Positions 1-14,300 of a stretch of DNA of 64,000 bases are shown piece after piece. Every line of letters begins with the position of its first letter. Within the stretch, counting starts at the first letter, position 1. This DNA is from Girardia tigrina (lineage: Eukaryota). The notes beneath the pieces were generated by a model. That model was not told the DNA's origin. It made no database searches and worked only from the letters and a program-made list of their open reading frames with translations. The DNA lies in contig MQRK01222709.1 in assembly GCA_001938485.1 (NCBI GenBank), forward strand, positions 24,965 through 88,964. The letters are read 5' to 3'. The position numbers were made by a program, and so were the translations under genes.

Positions 1-139
1 ATATATATATATAAGAATCGCACAGTTTTTAATGAAAAAGAAGACATTCGATTTGTTAAAAATATAATCGTACATTTGTTTAATCGCATCAGATAAATCA
101 TATTCTAGGTTAAATAATATTTAATTCTATTGAAATTCA

Positions 140-261
140 ATGAGTAAAGGGATCGGATTACTGTTCGAATATGAAACCCAAAAAATCGTTCAAATCAATA
201 GCACAAAAGTTGGTGTAATTAACAGAATTATCCAGCTGCTTATTATAGGATATATAGTTTG
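140..261 (+). CDS. P2RX: P2X exon 1 ([40 protein letters not shown])
   Basis: ATG at 140, YxTxK motif and TM1; donor GTAGGT at 262. Confidence 0.93.
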
Positions 262-1907
262 GTAGGTTTAATGTTTTATTTGCGTAAAATGTTACTATGT
301 TGAAACAACAACAAAATTTTAATAAATAAATAATTATTTGAATAAATCATTTAAAATGGGATTTTACTTTTATGTAAAATGTACTTACTAATAGTAAATT
401 CTATTAAAAAGGCATTTAATATGTAAATTGCACAAATAAAATTTGAATTGTCATTAGTATATTAACGCTATAAAAAATTCTTACAGTTGGGTGATGATTG
501 CTGAGAAAGGTTATCAAGAAATTGATTTTCCAGTTAGTGCTATCACAACTAAAGTGAAAGGAATCGGTCACACTAACGTCTCTGACAATCCTGTATATGG
601 TGTAATGACTTGGGACACGGCCGATTATGTCGTTCCTCCTCAAGTAGATCACATGTTGTTTCTTATAAATTAATATAAATCATTTAGGAAAATAATGCCT
701 TCTTTGTCATCACAAATGCTGTAATAACTCCAAAACAAACACCAGGAGTATGTATGGAAGTAAGTATTTCCCGATAAATTATTGTACCCTTAAATTATAG
801 TTCCATGCCGTCAAAAAGCCATTTGCGGATATTTATTATTCATATTATTTCTAAATATGTGTCCATCTTGAAACCTTTCTTCATAGAGTTTTGTTTAGTT
901 CAATAAAACCTTAAATGCTAATAATAATTGTTTCATTTAATAATTTTGAAAAGTTGTTGTATAAAAAATATTCAGGGTCCCGCAATCATAGGCAACAAAT
1001 TTAAGGGTTCTACGAGCAAAAACGTTTGGGAACCACTGCCCTATGGTATTAGGTACAATGTTCTGTATTCCGCATTCATTAAATATTTTCTACGCAAACG
1101 CTAGCAGCATCACATTGATTTATTCTATGGAAAATGGTTATTAAATATTCACTTTCCTAAGCCATTATTAAACATTAAAGTAAATAAGAGATGAAATTGT
1201 TTTGTGAATATAATAATATCATTAATCTATTGTATTAATGTATAAATAGACCGTATTTAAAAACATGCACATGAATGATCCAGAATTTATTTTTATTTAT
1301 TTTGCAAAGTGTTCTATTTTTAAGGGAACTTAAAAAACTTTTAAAATCTGATAAATGTCAGTATGAATATGAAAATAGTGATAATCACCACTTTATCATT
1401 CTTAGTTTATCCATACTAACGCATCAATGAAAATTTAAAACAAATCAATCGAAAAATACTTTCAGTTTAAAATATCTTAGAAGCCGAAGATTGTTTTCTT
1501 TAACATTTCTTCACAGTCTACATTTGTTTTTTAATTCACTATCTTACATTTAACTAATATTTATTGTAATTACTATCATTGTGAGGAATGTTTTACTTTA
1601 TTAATGGTTGTGATATGATTGTTTTAAATTCGAAATTGTGATTCTCCTACGTAGCTGGAAAATTGGTATTTGATTCTGCTAACCATATTTGGTTGTTCGA
1701 AAAAGATATGTATTACTATAAATTAAAGAAGTAATTAATAACCTGATACAATTTAAGTTTTTTAAACAATTAAATTGACAAAGTTTTAACGAGTTATAAA
1801 ATATATATTTAAATTGGAAAAGATTCAAAGAATAAAACTTATTAGAAATTAATTGAAATGTGGTTCGAATAATCAAGAAAACCTAGAGCGATGTTTATTT
1901 AAAACGA

Positions 1908-1947
<40 letters not shown>

Positions 1948-2336
1948 TCTTAAGAACTCAAACGGTTAAAACTAAGCCTGCGGGTGTATTTCGTCGCCGA
2001 CTGAAGGGTGCAGCAGGCGTTTTCTCGTGAACTGAGCGGGAGTTTTGTGATACAGTAAACTTATAGTAAATAGAAAACTACTTTGTTTTTACGAACGAAA
2101 ATTTTGGCAAAAATTAATTAAAAGCAATGCTTACCAAAGCAAATAATACGTATAAAGCGCATATCCATCGTAATTATACAAATACCGCTATCCATCACAA
2201 ATTTACTAAATAGGTAATTTCACTAGACACTCGCTCCAGTGACTAACTGCGAAAAACGTCAAAATACATTGTCCGCAGTACAAGTGTTAATAAAAATAAT
2301 GTAAACCATATTAGTCTTAATAATAATATTATAATC

Positions 2337-2375
<39 letters not shown>

Positions 2376-5300
2376 TTATTCTTAATTATAATAATTTTAA
2401 ATGAATAGAGTTTGTCTGGTCACGGATGTAAGCTGTATTATTTGTAGAAATACAGTAACTAAGTAGAAATGTTTTAAAAAATGTAGAAAAAGCAAACAGA
2501 CAAAGTAAAAAACGACATTATAGAAAATCTAAATTTAAAATCAAAGTACGTGTAAAATTAAGAAAACTTTTACCTACATAAACTTTTAACATCATTGATT
2601 TCATGGAAGAATTTGGAATACAATATGATGTATACAATATACAATATGAAATGATATTGAAAATATAAGTCCAGCTTTCTTTTAATCTCGGTATTCTATT
2701 AACTCCCGCTCAAAATTTTTTGTCCACTTATTAAGAACCATGTGGCTTATTAGAGCTTATACTGTACATTATAAATTATTTTAATTTATTCTGTTTCAAT
2801 TCTATAAAAAAAGAAAAATGCCTCAGATTAAGAAGTTATAATTTTCTTTAAATATGCATATTTAAAACTTAATTTCAAAACACGTATGATAAAATAACTT
2901 TTAAAACAATGTCTCATTCTATTAAATTGGAAGTTGTACAAACAACATCTAACAAATATAATGGTGTTTTTATACATAATGTGGTTCTAAATTAAGGATT
3001 GAATCTTTAGTATCTCCATTTAATCATATCTTTTTGACCTACTATTTTTAAATATCTTGCTATACTAAAAGAGCATCCAGTAAGATAAGAAAGAAACAGA
3101 AACTAGTTGATTTGTATTGTAATCCATAATATAAAATTATTTCTTGATCATCAAAACAAATTAAATAATTAATTTTTAAGTTTTTAGTAAATTAATTATG
3201 TCTTCTTAATAATTAGATTAATAGGTTATGTGATTCGCTCATTAAATACCCAAAACAATCTTTTAAATATAGGACACCATTCTGTACACACTTTTTCCCT
3301 CGTCTTACCAGCTCCAAGAATGCATTTTCGTAGAAATAAAAATCACAAATAAAAATCACTTGGAGCTAGGTTTGATAAATAAAGATGGTATGTGGGGCTA
3401 TGGAAACCCACCTTCTTGATTTCGTTTAGAGAATGCTCTTGTATGTATTGGCACATTATCTGGCGAAAAAAGAAACTGTACATGCGGGCCTTTTGTCTGG
3501 ACTTCCTAACTTTCTGACTCGACATAGAAACATGAGTTAATTTTCACATCCTTGCTAGCGAAATCTATTGAAACCACGCTATGGAAATCCTATAGAAATC
3601 GTTATTGTTAGGATTTTATAGGTAATGTTTTAAAATTTTTGAAATAATAATTGAATTCAAAGTATCATTTTAAATTAAAAAAATTAAGAACTAAATAAAG
3701 TTATCCTAGGCTTGATAAAATTTCGTAAACGTAATTAAAGAAAATGAAATTATTTAATCATCGGAAATTAAAAAAAAGTAAAATGAATTATTAGTACTAT
3801 ATTTATTTTTATTATACCGGTTTGAGATTTATGACATAAATAGTACCTCAAAATTAAAAAAAGTAAATGAATTTAATTTCGATTGAATTTGTTTAAATAA
3901 AAAGTATTATATATTTTTTATATTAATAAAACTTGAAAAACTGATGTCGGCTTTTAATATTGATAACGTGGAAGATGTTCCAAATTTAAAAATTTTACCT
4001 ATATTTCTTTCTTACAGTACGTTTAGTAATAATGTTTTTAGTTTAAGAAATTTATATTGACGACAATTTCTCCAGCTAAGAATAGTAATAGATTTTCCAT
4101 TTAGAGAATAATATTACTTTATAATAATTGTCAACAGAATTACATTTTTTGTTGATGAAAACAAGACAGAAACATTAATTTGTTTTAATAACATTTGTAC
4201 TACATTTATGAAATGATAACCAAAGAAGGATGTGTTCTAATTTTGCTACATTTTACTTTTACTTTTTACATAATATTTTGAAGACTTGATAATTTAATTT
4301 TTTAGGATATAAATGCATTTATGAGATAAAAATCAAACAAAAGATTGTTGAAACATTCAGAGAGATAATCGAAATTATTTTAGGAATCGTTAAGGACACT
4401 TAAATTACCATTAAATAAACATTAAAGATGTCCTAAAATGATTTTAAAGTTATTCTTTAAAAGTTTTTCAGATTTTTTGTTTTTATTTTATTTGCATTTC
4501 CTTTAGTCTTTTTTATTTTTTAATAAATAGATGTAAGATTTGATAAATAAGTTTATATCAGTTGCGAATCGTAATTGATCCTGTTCTAAGTAGCATCTGT
4601 CAGTTACTTCCATCACAGCTGCGTTAGGAGAAGAATTAATACCCTTTACCAAATGACAACATTCGCCAGTTAATTACCGTTTATTACCGATTTACTCCAT
4701 CATTTTTCATATTTTTATAAAATGTATTAATATTAATAAGTTTTTATCTACTCCGTCTAATATTGCTTCGTCATAACTTATTACAACAACTTATATCTTT
4801 TTATTTTACATAGTTAAGATTAACTTTACCTTATTCCATTAACTTTTTATTCAATAAGTTAAAGAATCCCAAAAACCAATTTGGACACTCTTCTTTATTC
4901 AATATGTAATCAGTTTTTGAACAATTTATATAGTTCTTATTAAAATTGTTGGCATTTTACTGACTGCTTTGATTACAAATAATCTATAAAGAGAAAAAAA
5001 TCAACTGATTTTTTAAATTTGGTATACTGAATGTTTTTTCTGAAATAAATTTCGACAAAGATTAAGCTACTTTAATTTTGAGTATTGGTAAAGTAAACTT
5101 TACCAATACCAATCGTTTTATGGCAATTGAAAGGGTCCCATCGAGCTGCAGTCATACGCTTTGACCCTACAAATGGTCATATCTCATCAAAATTCCACTA
5201 TTTTTGCGATAACAGTTCTCGCGCGGGCTTTCGCTTCACATATACCAAAATCCAAGACAACTTTTTCTTTTTGAAATGAAAGTTCTTCGATGTCATTTCC

Positions 5301-8300
5301 AATGCATCGATTGTTTCACAGAGAGTGAGATATAAAAAATGCAGTCTACTGTGAGTTGTTGGAACACGACTATTGTGGTTATTGGTCATTTGAAGAAATG
5401 ACAGACTGAGTAAAAAAATTTGAGTCTTCGTGAATGACAGAAAAAAGGCGATTTGCAAACATTAAACATTCAAAACTCCATTGTAATTATGGATTTAAAA
5501 GTTGTATTTATTGATCACAATTTGAGTACAGTTAAACAATGTGACGACTTATCAAATGATTTTTTGAAAGAAAAACAATTGTCCGATTAATGTTGTTGAA
5601 ATTGTGGCGTTGATAAAAGTTCAATTCCGAATGTTTTTATTTGATAATTTTCCATAATTGTAAAAAAATAGAGAGAAGATTGAAATATTAATCAAAAATA
5701 GTTTGTTAAATTGGTAAAACGGTTTCTTAGTGTTTTTCCAATTTATTGATTTTTAAAATAATTTTTTTTATAATTTATTTGATGCACCGATGGCATTCTT
5801 GACTAGTTGAGATTTTGTTTCACAATTTGAGAGTTGTTGACATAACTGCTGAGATTCAATAGTTGGGAGTGATAACAGGAACACAACGACAATCCAATAA
5901 ATACTAAGTCTTAACAAAGGTTGAGACTTTTTAAAAGATTGCAGGCATGGTAAACAAAAAGTCTTTCTTGAGATTTCACTTGGTCGTACAGTGGAACCCC
6001 GTTATAACGAAGTGCACGGAACCGAGAAATTTCTTCGTTATAACGGGGTTTCGTTATAGCGAGAAGCAACCTGTTTTAACCCTTAGAGGGTCTCTGGGGT
6101 CAGCGTATGACCCCACAGTAATTTATCAAAGTTGACTGTTGAAAGAGGAAATATTCTGCAGCTTTATTTTTTTGTGACATTTCTTGTTACATGTTGTAGA
6201 AAATAAAACCAGAAGATGCACCTTACTCCTTTTGTCATTGTGATAAAAAAGGATTTTATTTAAAAAAATGACACTCAGGTTTTGTGGGGTCATACGCTGA
6301 CCCCAGCCTATAACTATATGTAAACTCATCTAAACCTCATTTCTTCGATGCAAACTAGTTGTTCCCACATGTATTCAAGCAAGAAGCCTCTTATTTTGTA
6401 CCTGAGAAAAAAATTGGTACAAAAATTTGTCATTTATTCACACAAGAATTATGACAAAACATCAGAAATAAGAAAACTATTTTAATAAAACCTTTTTGTC
6501 AAAACAACACCAAATGATCATTTTTAGTAGATATAGGGAAAAAATCGGTTATTTTTGACTGACGAGATATGTAACTCGTAGCCACAGCCTTCTCTACAAT
6601 CTCCAAGGGTTGTAAAGCGTCCAGTCCTCGCTCGGCACAGTAGCGTCGAAAAATAGTCAAGCTTTCTAACATAGATGCAAGGGTCACGGGTGGAACGTTT
6701 TCCTCCATATTGTCACCATCTGATTGCTCATCCTCAACACAGGAGCCAGGACGAATCTACAGAAACAAAGAATTACAACATCATACAATATTTGACACAT
6801 GCTGTTACAGTATTTACCAACCTTTTCGAGAATCTCGGAATCCTGAAGGATACTTTCCGTTGACACAAGTTCGTTCACTCCCAAGAAGTCCTCCAAGCAG
6901 CCGTCCATTCCAAAGTTGTCGGCGAGGAATGCGAAAATGTTCCTAGTCTCATTTAGAGTGGATTCAGATGTCCCTGTAGCAGAATTATCAATTGTTTCTG
7001 GAAATGGGTCGTGTTGGAAACCAGCATGATGAAAACAATTGACGATTGTCTGTGTATCCACTTCACTCCAAGCACGAGACGAAAGTTGAACTCAGTCAAA
7101 GATTGTGATGCCAAACGACTGAATATCCTTTTTTGCTTCCACCCAAAGGAGAAGACGGCGAAGAATTTTGGATCTGTATATCGTCTTGAAGGTCTTTATA
7201 ATACCTTGATCTAGAGGTTGGATATGGCTGGTTGTTGCGGGAGGTAGGAAAGCAAGCTCAATGGCATGCGGGTTTGTGACTGCTAAGGCCTTGTGGCTAG
7301 ATACATTATTCACAATTAATAGCACTTTTCTTCCAGCTCGCATCATATTGGCGTCAAATTTGCTCAACCACTGTTTCCATGTCTCAGAATCCATCCACGC
7401 TTTTCTGTTACTGCAATATGTCACGGGGAGAGATTCTTTTTTGATGTTTTTGAAGCAGTGTGATTTCTGAGAGTTGCCAATGAGAAGCAATTTTCTTTTG
7501 TCTGTTCCTGTCATATTCGTGCAGAACAGTATGGTAACTCTGCGTTTGCTAATTTTTCCACCAATGCATTTTTCACCTTTCAGAGCAAGTGTTTGATTGG
7601 GGAGACATTGGTAAAACAAACCAGTTTCATCAGCGTTGTAGATGTCGTTTTCATTGTAACGCTGCAGGTAGGTCGGGAATACATTTCGTCTCCATGCGAT
7701 AGCAGCGTTTTCATTAGCTCCCATAGCTTCTCCAGACACAGTACGGGACGTCAATCCATGTCTCTTTTTGAAGCGATCCAAGAAGCCATTGCTTGCTTTA
7801 AAGTCTGGAAATTTCAAAGCACATGCGAATTCCCTCGCTTTCTCTGCAAGAATCACACCAGAGATTGGAATATTGAACGCCCGCTGCTGGGTAAACCATG
7901 TTTCTAAAGCATGCTCAACATCTTCGACTGGACTTGAGCGTAGTAATTTGCGTCCTGTAGATCCACATTTTTCCCATTCAGAGAGAATAGTCTCTCTCTG
8001 CTTGATGATGGTGGAGAGAGTACTAGGAGGGATGTTGTAGTGAGAGGCGATTTCATTTTTCTTTATCCCCTTGTCCACATCTTCTAATATAGAGAATTTC
8101 TCTTTCAAGTNNNNNNNNNNNNNNNNNNNNNNNNNNNNNNNNNNNNNNNNNNNNNNNNNNTACTAGGAGGGATGTTGTAGTGAGAGGCGATTTCATTTTT
8201 CTTTATCCCCTTGTCCACATCTTCTAATATAGAGAATTTCTCTTTCAAGTCTAATGCTTTTCTTTTACGTGGTCGACTTGGGTCCATTGCAATCAGAAAA

Positions 8301-11300
8301 TAATGCACTCGTCAAACACACAACAAACCCGTAGACACAGCAAAGAAAACCTATCCAACCCTCCTGTCTCAATTAAGAAACATGAGCTAAGCCATAACAA
8401 CAGTCTAGCCCGCTTCTATTCAAAGATTACAACTTATCGCATTAGCTTCGATTATTGCTTTCAGAAAAAAATGAAATNNNNNNNNNNNNNNNNNNNNNNN
8501 NNNNNNNNNNNNNNNNNNNNNNNNNNNNNNNNNNNNNNNGTTACGATATCAATCAACCCGCATTTTATCAAATGAGTACAGACAACGATGGCTCGGCCAT
8601 AACAACAGTTTAATACCCACTCACCCACATCCATCAATGAAACATGAACTCGCGGATTCATTTGCGATAATTGGATTAAGAAACGGAAATTGTAATTTGT
8701 GTTCGCGCTGGAAAACCTTATTTTGAGGGACAGTATGCAAGCTTCGGTTTATCGTAATACAAATAACCCACCTTTTTCAAATGAGAATAGAGAGCGATGG
8801 CACGCCATAACAACAATCTATCCCTCACTAATCCACTCAAACCTTATTCTGATTGAACAAGATATTTTTGTNNNNNNNNNNNNNNNNNNNNNNNNNNCGT
8901 CTCTATTACTGAAAACTCACACACCCAGAAATGCAATTTATTCATATGGTTGCTTCCATATGAGCAGCATTGACTTCGTTATAACGAGGTCAATTTTCCA
9001 CATTTTGGGCCATTTTTTCTTCGCAATTACGGGGTTTTCGTTATAGTGGGGTTCGTTATAATGGAAGGGAAAATACATTGAAACATGTAGGATGCGGCAG
9101 AGACTACAAAATTCCTTCGTTATAACGAAAATTTCGTTATAACGGGGTTCCACTGTATATTGAAATGAAAACAAAACAAGAATGTTTGATCAAAGTTGAA
9201 AAGTATGGATACACGAATGTTATTCTTCACATGTATCTCCTTCAGATTAAATATTTTTTAAAACATGAAAAATCGGTATTTAAAATAAAAACAAAAGTTT
9301 TCTAATGAAATGACATTCGAAATTTGTCATTCAGATTGCAAAGAACCATCGATAATACTTTGACGACTTTTGATAATTTAATTTTTTTAAACAAATAATT
9401 TTATTTTGCCATGGTAATTTAATCTTTAATTTTTTGTCATTACTTTTGCAATGACCTCATAATAATTTAAATATGATTTTTTTTAAAGAAATATTAATCA
9501 ATTGATTGTAATAATTCTTAAATTCGTAACATAGTGGCATTGAAAGAAAGTATTGCAGATTGTCAAAGGTGCCATAATTCATACAAAATACAAACAGTAA
9601 AAGACAGTCTACATGTTCTAATGTATTATGATGTTAAGAAAGTTTCAAACGCTTTTCGTTATCATTATAATTTTTCCAATGAGTAAATTAATTAATGATT
9701 CACAAACCAAACAATTGTTTACGGAAATTAATATAATATCACATGAATTCGACTTTATGATAGGACCTGGTTCTGTAAATTGGAAATTTTATTTTTGTCT
9801 AAGCAGTTTCCTTAGCTTCGTCCCCTGAAGCTCCTGTATAGTCTGACAATATAACTTTTCAATGTATAGTAATGCTAAGTCCCGTTGACATGATCTGTTT
9901 TGCAAAGGATTTGAGAGTTTAGATTGATGAAAATTTCACATTCTTTACATTGACTTAATACATCTCAATCTCATTTTAATCGATTCTTTTATTAAATTTT
10001 TATTCTAATTAATTTTTGCCAATAATTCAAAAAAATATTTATTATAAATTGTAGTGTTCTCTTGACCATACATATATTATTTTAATAAAAAAATAATTTA
10101 ATATATTTTTTCTCTACACCAGTTAGTTACTTACGAAAAGTACCGTTTGAGGAAAATTTTTTTAATATTCCACTTCCAAGTGGCTTGCTTATGACAATCT
10201 TATATAAATAAAAATAAATAATTATAATATACATCATATACATTAAATAATTATAATTATTAATATCGATTTTAATTGGTAAATCTTGATAACGTCTGGT
10301 CGAGAAAATTGAATAATTGTTCGACCTTAAGTAGAATTAAGTAAAGAAATATGACTTCAAAATGAATTAAATTAAATAACAATTAGAAAATTCCATAAAG
10401 TTAAAATTTAAAGTAAAATAAAATTTAATTTCTTGATTTGAATAATTTCGAGAAAAATCTCCTCTATGTGATTGGTAAAAATATAAAATATGTACATATA
10501 TATTGTTAAAAAAGTTTTTTTTAATAATCTAACTTGTAAAGGGGGAATCTCTGCACAATTTTCTCTATAAAAAATCAATTTAAAATTCAAAGACGTACAT
10601 TGATTGTAAATCTCTCCTTTATCGCATGAATTTAAAGAAATTCTTGTCGAATTTACGTTAAAAGCTCTGAAAAACAAACCTGATAATCTTTAAGAATTCG
10701 CTGTAAACTATTTTCGAACGCTATTGAAATTTCATTTGGCCGAAGAAAAAAACGTCATCGTTAAATATGAATTTCGAAATGTGACTCGAAAAGAACAAAT
10801 CGAGTACCGATAATATGGATGATGCGGAAATCGACCACAGAAAACCCTGTTGTAGATAGGCGATATCGACAGAAAGTTGGATTCTGCACGATATCATTTC
10901 ACAACACTCGAAAGATGTTATTCAAGAGTCCGAAAAATATAAAAATGAAAACTGGGAACGAGAAATGACCCTCTTAAGGGCCACAATTTCAGATTGTTTA
11001 AAAAAATACAAAACAATATCTATACAAAAACAAATGTTAACTAAATACCGTTGATTTTCGGAAATTTGAATTTTTAAAAGGAAAATAATTAACTCTTGCA
11101 AGAATAAGCATCATAAAGCTCAAGTTACCAGTTTAATCACTTCTATAATTAATTCCAACGAAGAAACTCATCTAAAAGAATGTGCTATAACCAGATAAAA
11201 AATTGGTCGACATAAAAGCAAACACCATAAAATTTTTCAAATTAAATATCTGATGGTTTCATTAAATAAAAATAATCAATAAAATTGTCTTTTATAATCG

Positions 11301-14300
11301 TTGACAAACAATCACTTTTCTTTGTAAATGAAGTATTATAATTTAAATATACAAATTAACTCCCTTCGTACATCGATATCTCTACATATTCTTATCTTTT
11401 TTTATCTCCGACAAAGAAAATAAAACTACTTCTCGTTTAAACGATCTTTTTAATCATTTAAAAACAATTGCGAATGATAACAACTAAATTGATGGTGGTT
11501 GAAATATCCCGTATGGCAATAATATGGTTCTTTCCCAAACAAGACTTAGATTGAATTCACACAATGGAAATGAAACTCTCGTTACCAAGGCTCTCTTTAC
11601 CCAAACTCTCTTTAAACAAGCTGACAAAGTAAAGTTTAATAAATTTGTTAAAAGCAACAGTTTTAAAAAGTCATTCAAGGATAAAGTTTCCATCAAAAGA
11701 AATTGGAATTAAGAAAATACATTGTGGTGCTCCGGTAAAACGAACGAAATAAAAAACACTGAAAATTAAATTATTTAAGAATCATTTGTTTTAATAATAT
11801 GAATGTGATTTAACTTTTTTTTAAAAAATCACAAATTTAAATTATAAAACGATGTCAGTAAAAATAAATGAATTTGTCAACGACTTTTTATTTTTCTTTT
11901 CAATTTTCATTTCGTACTCGGATGAAATCGATGGGGCCAGATCTACCGCCCCATCATTCAGCAGATCTACACCAAGAGGACCCACTTGGACTCATCGAGC
12001 GGACCACAGACCGACGCGACGCCGCCGTTGAAACGATACGCCGATCTTTCCGGACACTGAGTCCTGGTACAATTAGGAGGTGCTGGTCGCCGCCACTCGG
12101 TCCGGCAGCCGGCACCTCATACATAAAATAGAATTTTAGAAAATTTAGAATGTAATTTTTACAACAAAAATTCTTGAAATGTAATTCTAGAATTTTAAAA
12201 TATAAAAACGTAAATGTTTAAAAGGTAATTGGAATTCCTAATATATAACGGCTATTGTTTAATGACTTTTGGAAACTATGAATGTAAATTTACATTAAAA
12301 ATTCTAAAATATTCATATTTATACTGCAATACATTTATTTATAAGGATAATCGTTAGTAAAAATTATTCCTCTATATTTTGTTTTAAGATAGGTTTTTGA
12401 AATAAAATAATTTTTCGGATTGATGTCAAATTTTAATTTGAGTTAAAATTTAAATATGGTCTCGAGTGGAAACCTCGAACCTTACAATAAAAATGTCAAG
12501 AAATGTAGATGTAAACTCTAGACATGCATATGTATAACATTTTAGAATTTTGAATAATGTATGCTTCAGATTTTGGTTAAAATAATTTAAAAAAAGTTAT
12601 ATAAATAAATCAAATCTAATTGAAATCAAACAAAGTTTCGTACAAATTCGAGCATTTATACCAATTTTAATTTTTTTAATGTATATTTCTACACAAACTT
12701 TTAGTGAAAACAATATTCAAAATGAAAATACATTGTTATCAACACAAATTCATAAAAATATTCAGGAGCGTAGGGAGCCCATATGGTTTTTACTGGATGG
12801 TTTACAGTTATGATTGTTGTTTCAAAAGTTTTTTATAAAAGAAGGTTGGAAGTAGAAAGGTAAAGTGTTTCTCTTAAATATACACTAAAAATTATGTAAA
12901 TTCTCAAAATAATTTTCTTATAGTTTCTGTCTTTGTAAATCCTTTTATTTTTAAAAAAATCATGTTGGAATATATCACAAAACTGTGATTTTAATGTATT
13001 TGTTTTTCAATTAAAAATATTTACAGAAATGAGAAAAAAATATTTGAAAAAAGGTTCCACGTTTCTGTTAATTGATGGGAAAATGTTTACAATTAGTTGA
13101 TAAACAAATCATTGATCTCAAGTGGAAGGAATTCTGTGAGAGTGAAAGGAAATATTTATTTATCTGTTAAACAGTTGTTATATTTTAATAAAAATATAAT
13201 TTGACTTTTGTCAACGAGATTTATCGATGCGATAAAAATAATTTTCTAATATTTTTTTGTTAAAATAGGTGAAATAATGAAAAAAAACTTATTATTTCAG
13301 TATTTAGAGAAATATAAATTAAAATTAAATTAAAAAAATGATTAAAAGATATTACAAAGGGCAAATAATTACGCATTTTATTGGACCAAAATTCTCTAAC
13401 ACACGACCCACAAAATGTTTTAAACATATTAAAAGATAGTACCCATTGTGAGGAATGTTCTGAATTGTTTTTGTTTTATATTTTGCATGTTGTATGTTGA
13501 TTCGGGTTGTGTCTCCCCTACCCAGATGGATGATTGGTATTTTCTTTGATTCCTACTAATTGAAAATAAGTTAATTTAACTTAAAAGTACAAATATTAAA
13601 AATATTTTTAAAATTTAATATTTAAATTTTCAAAAGTAATATTTAATTTTTTAATGCAATTTAAAATTTTCATATAACTGGAAAAATGTATAAATCTAAC
13701 TTTGAGTCACTGGGATTAGAGGGATGATAAATTGATCTTAATTACACAAGAATAAGTTAAAATGTTAAACATTTTAAAATGTGAACTATCCAAAATAAAT
13801 ACTATTTTGCAAATTAAAAAAAATCCCCCCTCCAAAAAAAATCAAATTATAAACCTAATAACGTTGTACTACTTGTATTAGAGGTATTTCGATGGTATTA
13901 TAAATTTTATTATTGTAAAAATAGTTAATTAAATTTTTTTAACTGTAAAATAAAATCTCATAAAAGAAAACAAGTATTAGGTTGTTGCAAAAGGAATGCA
14001 GGTTTTTGATTTTTTGTATTTACCGCAAAGTTGTATGACTAAAACATGTATGTTGTTATGCAATGTATTATGTTATGTAATGTATGATTTAATGAGTCAT
14101 TCGAAAGCTTCATTTATACTCTTTCAGATGAATTTGTCTAAAAAATATTGTGAGGAATATTTGGTGTGTTGATGTTTTTGTGTATTGTTAGCATGTTTAA
14201 ATGTTGTGTGTTGATTTGGGATTGTGTATCTCATAATCAGATGGATGATTAATATTTTAGTTTTTATTATTTGAAACTATTTTATTTACATTTAGATTTA

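Larger units (their letters stand above)
5989..9155 (-). mobile_element. Tigger/pogo DNA transposon with both ends
   Basis: Perfect 23-bp TIRs CAGTGGAACCCCGTTATAACGAA, TA on both flanks, subterminal CGTTATAACG repeats, pogo transposase inside; contains N gaps. Confidence 0.93.

Noticed and set aside
7092-8108. 338-aa ORF as a domesticated TIGD/CENP-B host gene
   Set aside because: It lies between perfect TIRs with a TA TSD and has a premature stop, so it is a transposon copy.
8021-8250. Exact 90-bp direct repeat in the Tigger transposase 5' end (8021-8110 = 8161-8250)
   Set aside because: The copies flank a 50-N gap. This is an unmerged contig overlap, and collapsing it gives one continuous ORF.
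10500-11720. Possible Penelope or LTR retroelement coding relics
   Set aside because: Only weak fragments (RAFNVNS, LPYGI) without diagnostic motifs; too uncertain to call.
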